Origin: Klebsiella phage Magnus
Reading direction: 5' to 3' (one strand)
Sequence record: NC_049462.1
Length of the DNA: 64,000 nt
The notes beneath the pieces are model-generated. The model saw nothing but the letters and a program-made list of their open reading frames with translations. It searched no databases and was not told the origin of the DNA. The translations under genes were made by a program, and so were the position numbers. The stretch's first letter is position 1. Each line of letters opens with the position of its first letter. This document shows positions 26,201-35,941 of the stretch, piece by piece.

Positions 26201-27922
26201 GTGACAGCATTTAACCAGCATGCCAAAGCGCTGGATACTCTTCGCAGAGAAATACCGATAGAAGAAATCCAGAAATTGGCCGAACGATATTTTCCATATG
26301 ACCACGCCAACCCCGGCCAAATGGAATGTATTGTTGAAGCCACAGATGCTTTGGCCAATAAGAAATTCAAACACGTGATTATCGAAGCTCCTACCGGAGT
26401 CGGTAAATCCCTCATCGGCACAACTATCCATCAGGTGTTGCGCCATCTTGTGCTTGAAGCAAACCCCTATGGCCAATTCCGTACATCCATTTCCACGCCG
26501 ACCAAAGGTCTACAAGATCAGTATGCGGCTGAAAAGGCTGTTGCTATCGATATCCTGAAAGGCAAGAAGAATTACCGCTGCCATATGCACCCGGATATCT
26601 ATTACAACGCAGTGCAATGCCGTATCGCTTGCCGGGATGGGCATTGTAGTAAGAGGCGTTGCCCCTATGTCCAGGCACGTAATCTCTGGACCAACATCTC
26701 TTCATTACGCTGCACAAACGCAGCCATGATGATAGAAATGTGCACCACCATTTGTATGAAGCCAGAAAACCGGGCCGACATGCTTATTTTGGATGAGTGC
26801 CATAAAATGCCCTCTACGCTCCTGGACCATACGATCATGGAATACAATACGAAGGTATTGGAAGGACTGAGATCGTTGCCTCAGGGGAAGGATATCGTCC
26901 AGGCAGTGGTTGAGATTGTATCCCATTGCAAAGACTATGAATTGGGCAAGCTGTATTCCCTTGATGGTTATCTGTTCGACCGTTTTGTGGACTTGTTAGG
27001 AAAGGTGGAAGCCATTTTAACAGAACTGCATGAACTCGTTGAAGATGACCGCCTGACCGAAGCCCAGGTAATGAAGCTGGCCGATATTATCGACACCCTC
27101 CACAACCTATCTGACTATTGTGGTATCATGTCACAGACCCAGGCGAGTACATTTATTGTACAAGAGAAAGGAGAAGAATTCATCCGCTTCAAACCTGTTA
27201 TGGCATCGGATGTGTCTGAATTCGGCCTTTTCCGCAAAGCCGATTATCACGTGCATATGTCTGCAACCATCTGTGGTATTGATGCGTATGCCCGCTCCTT
27301 GGGTATTCGCCCTGGGCAGTACCATAAGATACAGATAGGGAACCCGATCCCGATTGAGAATCGCAAAGTCAATTACATGCCGGTTATGAAAATGACCAAC
27401 AACATGGGTGACTATGAGATGCGTCAGCTGGCCGGGTTTGTTGATGAGATCATCCAATTCCACCAAGGGCAATCCGGCATCATTCATACGGTGAGTTATG
27501 ACCGGGCGCTGGCGATACAGAAGTTCAGCAAATATCGGAACATCATCCACGTACCCAGGACCCGCAAGGCTCTGATGGAACTGATGGATAACGCTTTCCG
27601 TACGAAGACGCCTTGCATCATTGCCAGCCCGGCTATGGAAGAAGGATATGACTTCAAAGGGGATTACAGTCGTTTCCAGATTCTTATCAAGGTGCCATAT
27701 GATTACCTTGGTGACCCATTAGTTGCGCATATCAACTCTGTGGACCCATCGGCGTATTTCCGGAATGCCATACTGCGTATCATACAAATGTGTGGGCGTT
27801 CGGTCAGGGGCGTGAACGACTGGGCCGCGACATACATCCTGGATTCGTCATTTGAATCCTTGATGATGCGCAACCCAGAGTTCTTTCCAACTTGGTTTAC
27901 CGAGGCAGTGTTTGAAGTTTAA
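26201..27922 (+). CDS. DinG/XPD-like SF2 helicase with Fe-S cluster domain (GTG start).
   Basis: Walker A EAPTGVGKS. Four-Cys cluster CHMH...CRIACRDGHCSKRRCPY between the helicase motifs. DECH box LILDECHKM. Confidence 0.7.
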   Translation: MTAFNQHAKALDTLRREIPIEEIQKLAERYFPYDHANPGQMECIVEATDALANKKFKHVIIEAPTGVGKSLIGTTIHQVLRHLVLEANPYGQFRTSISTPTKGLQDQYAAEKAVAIDILKGKKNYRCHMHPDIYYNAVQCRIACRDGHCSKRRCPYVQARNLWTNISSLRCTNAAMMIEMCTTICMKPENRADMLILDECHKMPSTLLDHTIMEYNTKVLEGLRSLPQGKDIVQAVVEIVSHCKDYELGKLYSLDGYLFDRFVDLLGKVEAILTELHELVEDDRLTEAQVMKLADIIDTLHNLSDYCGIMSQTQASTFIVQEKGEEFIRFKPVMASDVSEFGLFRKADYHVHMSATICGIDAYARSLGIRPGQYHKIQIGNPIPIENRKVNYMPVMKMTNNMGDYEMRQLAGFVDEIIQFHQGQSGIIHTVSYDRALAIQKFSKYRNIIHVPRTRKALMELMDNAFRTKTPCIIASPAMEEGYDFKGDYSRFQILIKVPYDYLGDPLVAHINSVDPSAYFRNAILRIIQMCGRSVRGVNDWAATYILDSSFESLMMRNPEFFPTWFTEAVFEV

Positions 27923-28686
27923 TAACCAGCAATAAATGACAGGCGACATTTGAGATTCGGTGCCAGGGATGTCAGGGATATGATCATATCATCGCTGTCC
28001 ATACTGTACTCAATTGTCGCCAGTTTCTGGGTTTGAACATTGTTGTATTCACTGTAGATCAAGTCCTCACCACGGAAACCGATTTTTCCATCTGTATCTT
28101 GCCAATGACCTTGTGTTTTGTCATACACATGGACACGGAATTCTACCATATGGAAAAGCGCTTTCGGTATACTTTTCAATATACTGGTGCCCACGACTGG
28201 GATCTCAATATTTGAATCATTGGCCCCGCCTTCATAAACTGGCGTCCAATTGAATATAGGATCACCACCAGCGACCGGAGTCCTTTTCCAATATTGGAAT
28301 TCCGGGTTCCCTGAATCGTTTTTCTGCAATAATATGACTTCGCCACCTGTAAAATTGGTGGTGTCAATATCGTCTCTTGCTAAAATATCCGCCGGGGAGC
28401 CGATAAATTTCCAGCCATCACGATCCAATAATGACTTATAATAGTCTGTGAAAACGTTGCTGTCGCCAGCATTGTTGATTGCGTCTTTGAGACCTTCTCC
28501 TGTGACCATCTCATTGACTTTCAACCACATGTTTTTGACCGCAGACGCTGCCGCAACCTGGCCTGGTGTACCGCCTGCAGTGTAGTCATAGATGATGTCT
28601 ACATTCTGTATTGCGGTATGTATGGACAGGAGAAGTCGTTCGATTTCAGCTGCGGTTAAACTGAAACGATAAGAACGTTCAGCCAT
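27919..28686 (-). CDS. Hypothetical protein on the minus strand (256 aa, start MAERSYRF).
   Basis: Lone minus-strand ORF with SD GAGGA. Gly/Asp/Asn/Thr-rich, predicted beta-rich C-part. Confidence 0.45.
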   Translation of the reverse strand: MAERSYRFSLTAAEIERLLLSIHTAIQNVDIIYDYTAGGTPGQVAAASAVKNMWLKVNEMVTGEGLKDAINNAGDSNVFTDYYKSLLDRDGWKFIGSPADILARDDIDTTNFTGGEVILLQKNDSGNPEFQYWKRTPVAGGDPIFNWTPVYEGGANDSNIEIPVVGTSILKSIPKALFHMVEFRVHVYDKTQGHWQDTDGKIGFRGEDLIYSEYNNVQTQKLATIEYSMDSDDMIISLTSLAPNLKCRLSFIAGY

Positions 28687-28727
28687 AATAATGTCCTCAT
28701 GATAAACAAGTTTGGAGTATTTATATC

Positions 28728-29267
28728 GTGATTGAAATTTACACTGACGGCGCTTCATCGCCACAAACCACACAAGCGGCGGGATGGGCCTTTGCAGTCA
28801 GCCCGATTTCTGGCGGGGTACAATGGAATGTATTCTATGGTTATTTGCCGCCGCCTTCCACAAATAATATAGCAGAACTCTTGGGCGTTATTAATGCTCT
28901 GAAACTCCTTTGGAAATTTTCGGGTTGTGGTGAGCGTAATATTCCCAAAGCGACGATTATATCTGACAGCCAGTATGTCATCAATAGTGCCACCAAATGG
29001 CGTTCGAAATGGGAATATGAGGGCATGCCTCCCAAGAATACTGAATTGCTTCTTGATTTGTTCAATATGTATGACAAAGTTTGTTCAATTTGTGAACTTG
29101 AACTAAAATGGGTCAAAGGTCATGCGGGTACAATCGGCAACGAAATTGCGGATCAGTGGAGTGTCCGGGCCAAAGAAAATAGCAGTATGGTCCTGGAAAA
29201 TGAACGATTTCGCGTCAAGAAAGTCGTCGGTTCATTCAATCAATTTATCGGTATCTCTGAGGGTTAG
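28728..29267 (+). CDS. rnh: RNase H (RNase HI type).
   Basis: IEIYTDGAS...NNIAELLGVINAL...KGHAGTIGNEIAD matches the RNase HI catalytic motifs. Confidence 0.8.
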   Translation: MIEIYTDGASSPQTTQAAGWAFAVSPISGGVQWNVFYGYLPPPSTNNIAELLGVINALKLLWKFSGCGERNIPKATIISDSQYVINSATKWRSKWEYEGMPPKNTELLLDLFNMYDKVCSICELELKWVKGHAGTIGNEIADQWSVRAKENSSMVLENERFRVKKVVGSFNQFIGISEG

Positions 29268-29270
29268 ATC

Positions 29271-30041
29271 ATGGGCATGAATTTCGTAGACAGAGGGGAA
29301 AACGTCACCAAATATTTCACTGACGAAGACAATGAGCGTGTCATCGCAATATTACGTGACTGGATACCCGGAAGGAAAAAGGCGATAGCCGAAGGGAAGC
29401 CCCTACCCAAGATCCCAAATTATGTGGCCACTAAAGTCCATATGATCATCCAGAAAATGAGTACCCGCTACAACTACAGAGATTATCCTTTCCGTGAAGA
29501 TATGGTGAGCGATGCCGTCGCCAATATTCTTCGATATTTACACACCTTCGACGTCAGCCATGTCGGCAAGAAAGGGAAGATCAATTTCTTCTCTTGGGTC
29601 ACCATGTGTGCTGATCGTTCATTCGCCCGCAAACTGACAATCGAAGAAGAACACACATATATCAAATTGCGTTCATTCGAAGACGCGGGTGGCTTTGCGG
29701 CGTTCAGTGATGATCCGGACTTCCAGACTCAGACATTTGTTGACAACACTGGGATTACAATGGATTTTCGTGAGCGCATAGGCCACTTCGAAAATAAGAA
29801 AGAATCACAGCGTGAAAAGGAAAGACAAAAACAAGCCGACCTCAAAGAAGACGAAAAGAACAAAAAGATTCCAAAAGGTATACTTCAATGTCTTCGTGGA
29901 CCACAAAATAATGCTACCGCACAGGCCGAAGATGATTCAGAACAAGACTTCGGCAAAACCCAATTCAGCCTTGAAGAAATAATGGATAGCCCTACGCTGC
30001 TATCCGAATTATCAGGAGAAAAGAATAATGGCGATTGCTAA
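29271..30041 (+). CDS. 55: Late-transcription sigma factor gp55-like.
   Basis: ATKVHMIIQKMSTRYNYRDYPFREDMVSDAVANILRYLHTFD aligns with T4 gp55 [42 protein letters not shown]. Acidic C-terminal extension. Confidence 0.75.
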   Translation: MGMNFVDRGENVTKYFTDEDNERVIAILRDWIPGRKKAIAEGKPLPKIPNYVATKVHMIIQKMSTRYNYRDYPFREDMVSDAVANILRYLHTFDVSHVGKKGKINFFSWVTMCADRSFARKLTIEEEHTYIKLRSFEDAGGFAAFSDDPDFQTQTFVDNTGITMDFRERIGHFENKKESQREKERQKQADLKEDEKNKKIPKGILQCLRGPQNNATAQAEDDSEQDFGKTQFSLEEIMDSPTLLSELSGEKNNGDC

Positions 30042-31146
30042 GATCGGCGATTTACACATCGGGAGCCGCAATGGCTCTCGTTATGTTCGTGACTTCATTA
30101 AGAATTATCTCATCAACTATTTCATTCCTGAACTCGTTGATGCCGATATCAAAGAAGTCTGGCAATTCGGTGATACATTTGATGTCCGCAAATTCATGTA
30201 TGGGCGCGACAAAGATTGGCTAAAAGATGAGTTGGTCCCGGCTCTGCGCGCTGCTGGTATCAAATGGAATGGTCTGATCGGCAACCATGACATTACTTTG
30301 GAAGAGTCCAACCGCATCAACTGGCCTTCTTATTTGGTTGAACTTGCTCCCGATGTCTTTACTTACTACTCAGAACCGACGGAAGTTATGGTCGAGGGCA
30401 AAAAAGTTCTGGTGCTCCCGTGGATCAACAAAGAGAATTATGCGCGGTCGGTACAGATGTTGCAAGACACTGATGCAGAGTTCTGCTTTGCACACCTGGA
30501 ACTGGCTGGTTTCAAAATGTATCAGTCCTCCACTTGTGACCATGGCCAGATCGATTTGTCTCTGTTGAGTAAGTTCACTCGTGTAGACACAGGACACTTC
30601 CACACCCGTTCGTTTGAAGGGAATGTTCAGTACCTGGGAACGCCGTATCATCTGACATGGGAAGACCACAAAGACGGGGATAACCGTGGATTCTACGTGG
30701 ACGACCTGACAGAAGGTGGTGAGCTGTTCATCCCCAACAACGCCAGCCAAACTCTATTCCGGTATGTGGAATATGATTACACCAAACTTTCATCTGATGA
30801 CGAAGGTAATTGGATTGATCCGGAATGGCTAAACACCAAGTTGGGTATTGAAGGACAGATCGTTAAGATTATCGTAACCAATCGCGATAATTCTAAACAT
30901 TACGAGAAGTTCTGTGATGCGATGAAGCGCTGTAAATGTATTGACTACAACTTCATCGATAAGACCGTGACCGTTTCGGCTGAAAAGGTTGAAGTCACCG
31001 AAGAAATGATCGCGACCGATGCCGTGGAAGTTCTGAAGAATGATATCCGCGCTGCCGACAATATCCAGCGCCCAGAATCGGTCTGTAAACTGGCCGAAGC
31101 ATTCTATACAGCCGCCCAACAACGTCTTAATACTCTGGATGCATAA
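30028..31146 (+). CDS. 47: Recombination nuclease subunit gp47 (Mre11/SbcD-like).
   Basis: Phosphoesterase motifs GDLHIG, GDTFD, GNHD, HFH. Confidence 0.85.
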   Translation: MAIAKIGDLHIGSRNGSRYVRDFIKNYLINYFIPELVDADIKEVWQFGDTFDVRKFMYGRDKDWLKDELVPALRAAGIKWNGLIGNHDITLEESNRINWPSYLVELAPDVFTYYSEPTEVMVEGKKVLVLPWINKENYARSVQMLQDTDAEFCFAHLELAGFKMYQSSTCDHGQIDLSLLSKFTRVDTGHFHTRSFEGNVQYLGTPYHLTWEDHKDGDNRGFYVDDLTEGGELFIPNNASQTLFRYVEYDYTKLSSDDEGNWIDPEWLNTKLGIEGQIVKIIVTNRDNSKHYEKFCDAMKRCKCIDYNFIDKTVTVSAEKVEVTEEMIATDAVEVLKNDIRAADNIQRPESVCKLAEAFYTAAQQRLNTLDA

Positions 31147-31148
31147 CG

Positions 31149-33476
31149 ATGACAGATATCCTTGAAAAATTTGGCAACCTGTTAAAAGAAGCTGCGACGC
31201 CGGAAGATATCCCGGTTCCATTTGATGTGCGTGGTGATGTTACCCACAAACTCACCTTCCGTAAGGGGCGGGCGAAGAACTTCCGTTCTATTGGTAATGA
31301 ATTCATGGAAATTGATTACCAACGAAACCCAGCAACCCTTGTTACATCTGATGATAATGGTGCCGGGAAATCCACTATGTTGGTCTGGCTGTTATTCTTT
31401 GTCCTGTACAACGATACATACAGCAAGAAAGAGAAGAAGGCCGGGCTGGTAAATTCTCAGAACAAAAAGGACTGCGTTGGTGAAGTAGAATTCGCCTGCC
31501 GGGGTAGTGAATGGAAGGTCCGCCGTGGGATCAAACCCGACTTCGTTGAAGTTCATCAGCTGGTTGACGGGGAATGGAAACAGGTTGTAAACGAAGCGGC
31601 TAAAGCCGACATGAACAAGTATATCGTCAACCTGATCGGCATCGACCAGAAGATGTTTGAGAACTCCCTGGTGTTGGGTAAAGAGAAATTCATCCCGTTC
31701 ACGGAAATGTATACGGCTGACCGCCGTACCATGGTAGAAGCGATATGGGATCTTGGTTTCTTCAGCCTGATGAATGAGGATGTTAAGGCAAAGATCAAGG
31801 TGCTCAACAAAACGTTGGAAGATATCTCCAATGAGTTTGGTATGAAAATGATTGATCATACCAACAAAAAGACGCAGCTGGCACAGATCATTGAATCTAA
31901 TAATCGTATCCAACAACAATCTGCTGAGATCCTTGAGCAGGAACGGATCCGGCTTTCCAGTCTGGATGCGGATATTTCTTCGTATCAAGATGAAATGGCC
32001 CGGCTACAGGAAGTCGAAGTCAACACCAAAAAGGAAATTGGTGAAGTAGAAAGTCGTCTCAATCAAGAATCTACTGAAGAGATAGAAAACCTAAAGGCAC
32101 AATATGCCGAGAAGATGAAAGCAGTAGATGACATTGCATCAGATAAAGCTGAGGACTATGAGCGTATAGAATTGTCTTCGGCTGAGCAGGCGCTTAACAA
32201 TATCCGAGACCAAGCCCGTAAGGTCACTGAACGCAAAAACGAAGTACTCAACCAGCGCAATGAGAATCTGAATGTTCTCAACGAAGCGATGGAAAGGATG
32301 CGTTATGGCGAAGGTTTCAGGATCAAATTCCAAACCGAAAAAGAAGGGTATCAGGAATCCATTCAGAAGTTCCATGATATGGGTACTTGCCCAACTTGCC
32401 AACAAGAAGTATCTGAAGAAGCTAAATCCCAGGTCCAATACGAAGGCAACATCAAAATTAAAGATGTAGATTCCCGTATTGAACGACTGGAAACTATGCT
32501 GGAAGAAATCAATACCACCATAGCAGAGCACAAAGCGAAGGATGATGAATTTGTTCGCCAAGTCGCTGAAATCGATGCTGAGTTAAGTTCTCTGCGAGAC
32601 CAAGCGGCAGAAGCGCATAATGGTATTGAAACGATTAAACGGGATATTCAAGAGTTCTACAAAACTGCTGAAATTGAGAAGGCTTCTCTTGACCGTGAAC
32701 TCAAATCTCAAATCCTGTCTAACCGCCAGGCGCTGAACACCAGGTTCGATGACATTACGGCATCATTACAACAAACGTTAGAGACAGCCTCTCAGGGACG
32801 CGCAACTGTCAAGGATAAGATCGGCGAGCTGAAAGCCCGTCGTGCCCCTCTCGTTGCTTCGATTGCCGATTTGGAGCGTAAACTATCCGTACAGCCGACT
32901 CTAACTGCCGACCTGGAAGCAGTCATTGCAGGTATTGAACAATCTCTGAAAGATCTGGAAGAACGGCGTCAAACGACAGATGAAGAACTTCAGGATCATA
33001 ATCATCTTCTCCACTTCTTGAAGGATGACCAGACCAAGGCCCGCATTATCTCCTTGTACCTGCCATTCTTGAATAAGAAGATCAATGAATATCTGGAAGG
33101 GATGAATATGTTCTTGGACATTTCTGTGGACGATACGTTTGATATCACCATGGGAACCGCCGGGCGTAAAGGGCAAAGTCTCTTCAGCTTATCTTCCGGT
33201 CAGCGCGTCCGTGTTAACATTGCCATCACCATGGCTCTGCGTGACGTCGCTAACCTGAAAGCATCTGTCCAATGTAACATACTGGTGTTTGACGAAGTGC
33301 TGGAGAACCTTTCTGAGCGCGGTGTACAAGAATGCATTGAGATGCTGAAATACAAATTCAGCAATAATAATCTCTTCGTCATCAGTCAACGTGAGCAGGA
33401 ATTCCAGGAATATTTTTCTAATAACATTCGTTATGGGCTGCGAAATGGTATGACCCAGGTGATCAGCAAGGAGTGA
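31149..33476 (+). CDS. 46: Recombination ATPase subunit gp46 (Rad50/SbcC-like).
   Basis: Walker A DDNGAGKSTM; long coiled-coil; zinc hook CPTC; signature LSSGQ; Walker B LVFDE. Confidence 0.85.
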   Translation: MTDILEKFGNLLKEAATPEDIPVPFDVRGDVTHKLTFRKGRAKNFRSIGNEFMEIDYQRNPATLVTSDDNGAGKSTMLVWLLFFVLYNDTYSKKEKKAGLVNSQNKKDCVGEVEFACRGSEWKVRRGIKPDFVEVHQLVDGEWKQVVNEAAKADMNKYIVNLIGIDQKMFENSLVLGKEKFIPFTEMYTADRRTMVEAIWDLGFFSLMNEDVKAKIKVLNKTLEDISNEFGMKMIDHTNKKTQLAQIIESNNRIQQQSAEILEQERIRLSSLDADISSYQDEMARLQEVEVNTKKEIGEVESRLNQESTEEIENLKAQYAEKMKAVDDIASDKAEDYERIELSSAEQALNNIRDQARKVTERKNEVLNQRNENLNVLNEAMERMRYGEGFRIKFQTEKEGYQESIQKFHDMGTCPTCQQEVSEEAKSQVQYEGNIKIKDVDSRIERLETMLEEINTTIAEHKAKDDEFVRQVAEIDAELSSLRDQAAEAHNGIETIKRDIQEFYKTAEIEKASLDRELKSQILSNRQALNTRFDDITASLQQTLETASQGRATVKDKIGELKARRAPLVASIADLERKLSVQPTLTADLEAVIAGIEQSLKDLEERRQTTDEELQDHNHLLHFLKDDQTKARIISLYLPFLNKKINEYLEGMNMFLDISVDDTFDITMGTAGRKGQSLFSLSSGQRVRVNIAITMALRDVANLKASVQCNILVFDEVLENLSERGVQECIEMLKYKFSNNNLFVISQREQEFQEYFSNNIRYGLRNGMTQVISKE

Positions 33477-33478
33477 TC

Positions 33479-33799
33479 ATGAAAGTCGTCCATTTCAAGA
33501 AGGAACCATATGACATCTACATCGGGAGACCCGGAAAATGGGGGAACCCGTTTGAGGTCAAATATCATGGGCGCGGTAATTGCATCGAATTATTTGAAGA
33601 TGATCTTTACCGACGCTTGATAAATGGAGATATCACGGAAGATGAACTCCTTGAATTGGACGGAAAGGTCTTAGGGTGTTGGTGTAAGCCGCGCCCTTGC
33701 CACGGTGATGTTTATGTCAAAGTGGTCAACCGTATTAAACTATTCCGATTGATGGGTAAATCCTTTGTAGAGCACTTGAGACAAACATATGGGAAATAA
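33479..33799 (+). CDS. DUF4326-like small protein with a Cys/His motif.
   Basis: YDIYIGRPGKWGNPF...GCWCKPRPCHGD. Start coupled to the gp46 stop. Confidence 0.45.
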   Translation: MKVVHFKKEPYDIYIGRPGKWGNPFEVKYHGRGNCIELFEDDLYRRLINGDITEDELLELDGKVLGCWCKPRPCHGDVYVKVVNRIKLFRLMGKSFVEHLRQTYGK

Positions 33800-34070
33800 C
33801 ATAGACGAAATATTCGAGGCATCAAAGATTGCATGTGACACCTGGAATAGCAATAACCCGAAGTTTCCTGTGGCCATTGGCGTTATTTCATACCATCTTG
33901 AAGGATACGTGATATTTGTTGACGGGAAAATCAACTTTTACCGTGATGGGCATGAATTCAACGGATTATTCAAGATCGGGAATTACAAAACTTCATTTGA
34001 TGACCCTATGGAACTGGTGTATGCCTGGTTAGAATGCATCGAAGAATGCTATAACGCCAAATTTGAATAA
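33789..34070 (+). CDS. Hypothetical protein.
   Basis: ORF. Confidence 0.35.
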   Translation: MGNNIDEIFEASKIACDTWNSNNPKFPVAIGVISYHLEGYVIFVDGKINFYRDGHEFNGLFKIGNYKTSFDDPMELVYAWLECIEECYNAKFE

Positions 34071-34167
34071 TGATAAAGGGCGCTAATTATCTGGTGCCCT
34101 TTATCTTTTAACCCTGTCAGGAGGCTCAATCGAGCTGCAAGTCGACAAACAAATAAGGAACGCCATC

Positions 34168-34785
34168 ATGACGATGACAACGTTGAAGGCCATGGCTGCT
34201 TTCGTGACCTTTACCATTGCCAGCGGGAGTGTGCACGCTTCCCAAAGTACATCACAATGTGACTATGATTTTTCTGAGCAACAACTATCCACCATGGCGA
34301 CTGCATACCACGTAGGCAAGTCCCAATCTCTTGGTTACACCCTGGCAGCTATATCCTGGAGAGAGTCCCGTGCGGGCGAAGACGTCGTGTCTATGCGATC
34401 TGGTATCAAAGCCGCCAATATGGGAGCATTTCAAAACAAAGTTCAAAGTGTTGGGGATCGGGAAGGATGTAAGAACAGAAAGTGCTATGCCAATGTGGCT
34501 GTGAAACTTTTGATTGATCAGGAGTATGCTGCCAACGCCGCGCTGGATGAGATGAATTTCTGGATGAACCAACATAATCAGAATGTACGCAAGTCTCTTT
34601 CATCGTATAATGCCGGGCACGCACACAACAGCAAATCGAATTCGTATGCTGCCGATGTAGTGAAGAAGGCTAAATATCTGCAAAGATGTGTGTCTTTCAA
34701 AGGCATTCCCGCGAGTTCGAAAGTTGATCCTCAGGTGATAGCCATGAACAAGCGCACTATAGAGAAACTCAAGAGGACGCGATAA
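34168..34785 (+). CDS. Secreted lytic transglycosylase (SLT domain) protein.
   Basis: Signal peptide AMAAFVTFTIASGSVHA. SLT motif AISWRESRAG...ANMGAFQ (ES catalytic Glu; GLMQ-like GAFQ). Confidence 0.55.
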   Translation: MTMTTLKAMAAFVTFTIASGSVHASQSTSQCDYDFSEQQLSTMATAYHVGKSQSLGYTLAAISWRESRAGEDVVSMRSGIKAANMGAFQNKVQSVGDREGCKNRKCYANVAVKLLIDQEYAANAALDEMNFWMNQHNQNVRKSLSSYNAGHAHNSKSNSYAADVVKKAKYLQRCVSFKGIPASSKVDPQVIAMNKRTIEKLKRTR

Positions 34786-35423
34786 TGAATATCACCCCAT
34801 CTCAAACAGGTTATGAGCACCTGATGGTCTTCCTGGCTATTCAGGGAGCCAAAGAGGGCATCATAACTTCAGAATACAGCGGGACCGTCCGCTTGATCGA
34901 CTACACGGCCAGCGAAGCATTTATCAAGAAATGTATCACGGCATGGACCAAATATGCCGTTGGGACTTACCCGTCCCCTCCTGCTGGAGAAATGTTATTT
35001 GTCGTGCCTACCCTGGCGACAACCGATACTGACGAGATCTTTGCCGATATGCTGTCCAAAGGATATCTGGCTTATGACACACAGCATGATATCTATGACT
35101 TCTCGGCCTTGAATCGAGTGTTCGGTTATACGATCACTTCTGAAGCGAATATCCCAGATTGGGGGATCCTGGCTTGGGGTAAAGATGGCCTTGGGGCGAC
35201 ATATGCTTCATCTGATGTTGGGCCAGTTCTTATTGATCCGGGCGTTACTATGGAGCAGTACCTTGCCCAATTCCCTCAGCATGGTGTAACGGGTAGCGAC
35301 ATCATTATCGTATACCCTGGTTCTAACGCCCTTGAGCGTCTTGTGTCCGGATGGGATCCACATCTGAAAGCGGTCGTAGAAGGTATCCGCTTCTACATCC
35401 CGGTAGTAAATCCCACAGCATAA
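34785..35423 (+). CDS. Hypothetical protein.
   Basis: ORF with SD AGAGGA. Confidence 0.4.
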   Translation: MNITPSQTGYEHLMVFLAIQGAKEGIITSEYSGTVRLIDYTASEAFIKKCITAWTKYAVGTYPSPPAGEMLFVVPTLATTDTDEIFADMLSKGYLAYDTQHDIYDFSALNRVFGYTITSEANIPDWGILAWGKDGLGATYASSDVGPVLIDPGVTMEQYLAQFPQHGVTGSDIIIVYPGSNALERLVSGWDPHLKAVVEGIRFYIPVVNPTA

Positions 35424-35435
35424 AATAATTCAATA

Positions 35436-35455
35436 AAAGGGGCTTCGGCCCCTTT
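35436..35455 (+). terminator. Rho-independent terminator.
   Basis: aaaggggc-ttcg-gcccctttt. Confidence 0.7.
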
Positions 35456-35531
35456 ACTTATTCAATAACTACCCCTATAATTCAATACATAAGCAGTACG
35501 ATGAAACAAATTGAAACGAAGGAACTACATT

Positions 35532-35867
35532 ATGACACAACTCAAGAACTTCACCTCCGATGACATGTTTGCCTTCCAGGGCGCGGAGCACTTTGCTGAC
35601 GGATCCGTACCTCGCATCTACTACTTCTCCGACGAAGAGATGGAAGCGTTCTTCGATCTGATGGAAAAAGACTACGAATCTGGCGACTTCGTTTATATCA
35701 TCCACCATGCTGAAGGCTTGTCCCTGGGCTGGACGGCCAACAGCGAGCCGGAAGAAGTGAACTTCCCAGAAGGCATCATGTCAGAGCGCATAGAATATCT
35801 GCTGGAAGCCCTGGATTCACACACCCTTCCGCTCTGGGCGATGTCTGTAGCCAAAGTTCAAAAATAA
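35532..35867 (+). CDS. Hypothetical acidic protein.
   Basis: ORF with SD AAGGA. Confidence 0.4.
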   Translation: MTQLKNFTSDDMFAFQGAEHFADGSVPRIYYFSDEEMEAFFDLMEKDYESGDFVYIIHHAEGLSLGWTANSEPEEVNFPEGIMSERIEYLLEALDSHTLPLWAMSVAKVQK

Positions 35868-35870
35868 GAT

Positions 35871-35890
35871 AAGGGGCTATAATGCCCCTT
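35871..35890 (+). terminator. Hairpin with loop TATAAT.
   Basis: aaggggc-TATAAT-gcccctt tcctttcg. Confidence 0.6.
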
Positions 35891-35941
35891 TCCTTTCGCT
35901 AATTAATGGAAACCGTCCGTTTTATTATCAGGAGAACCACC

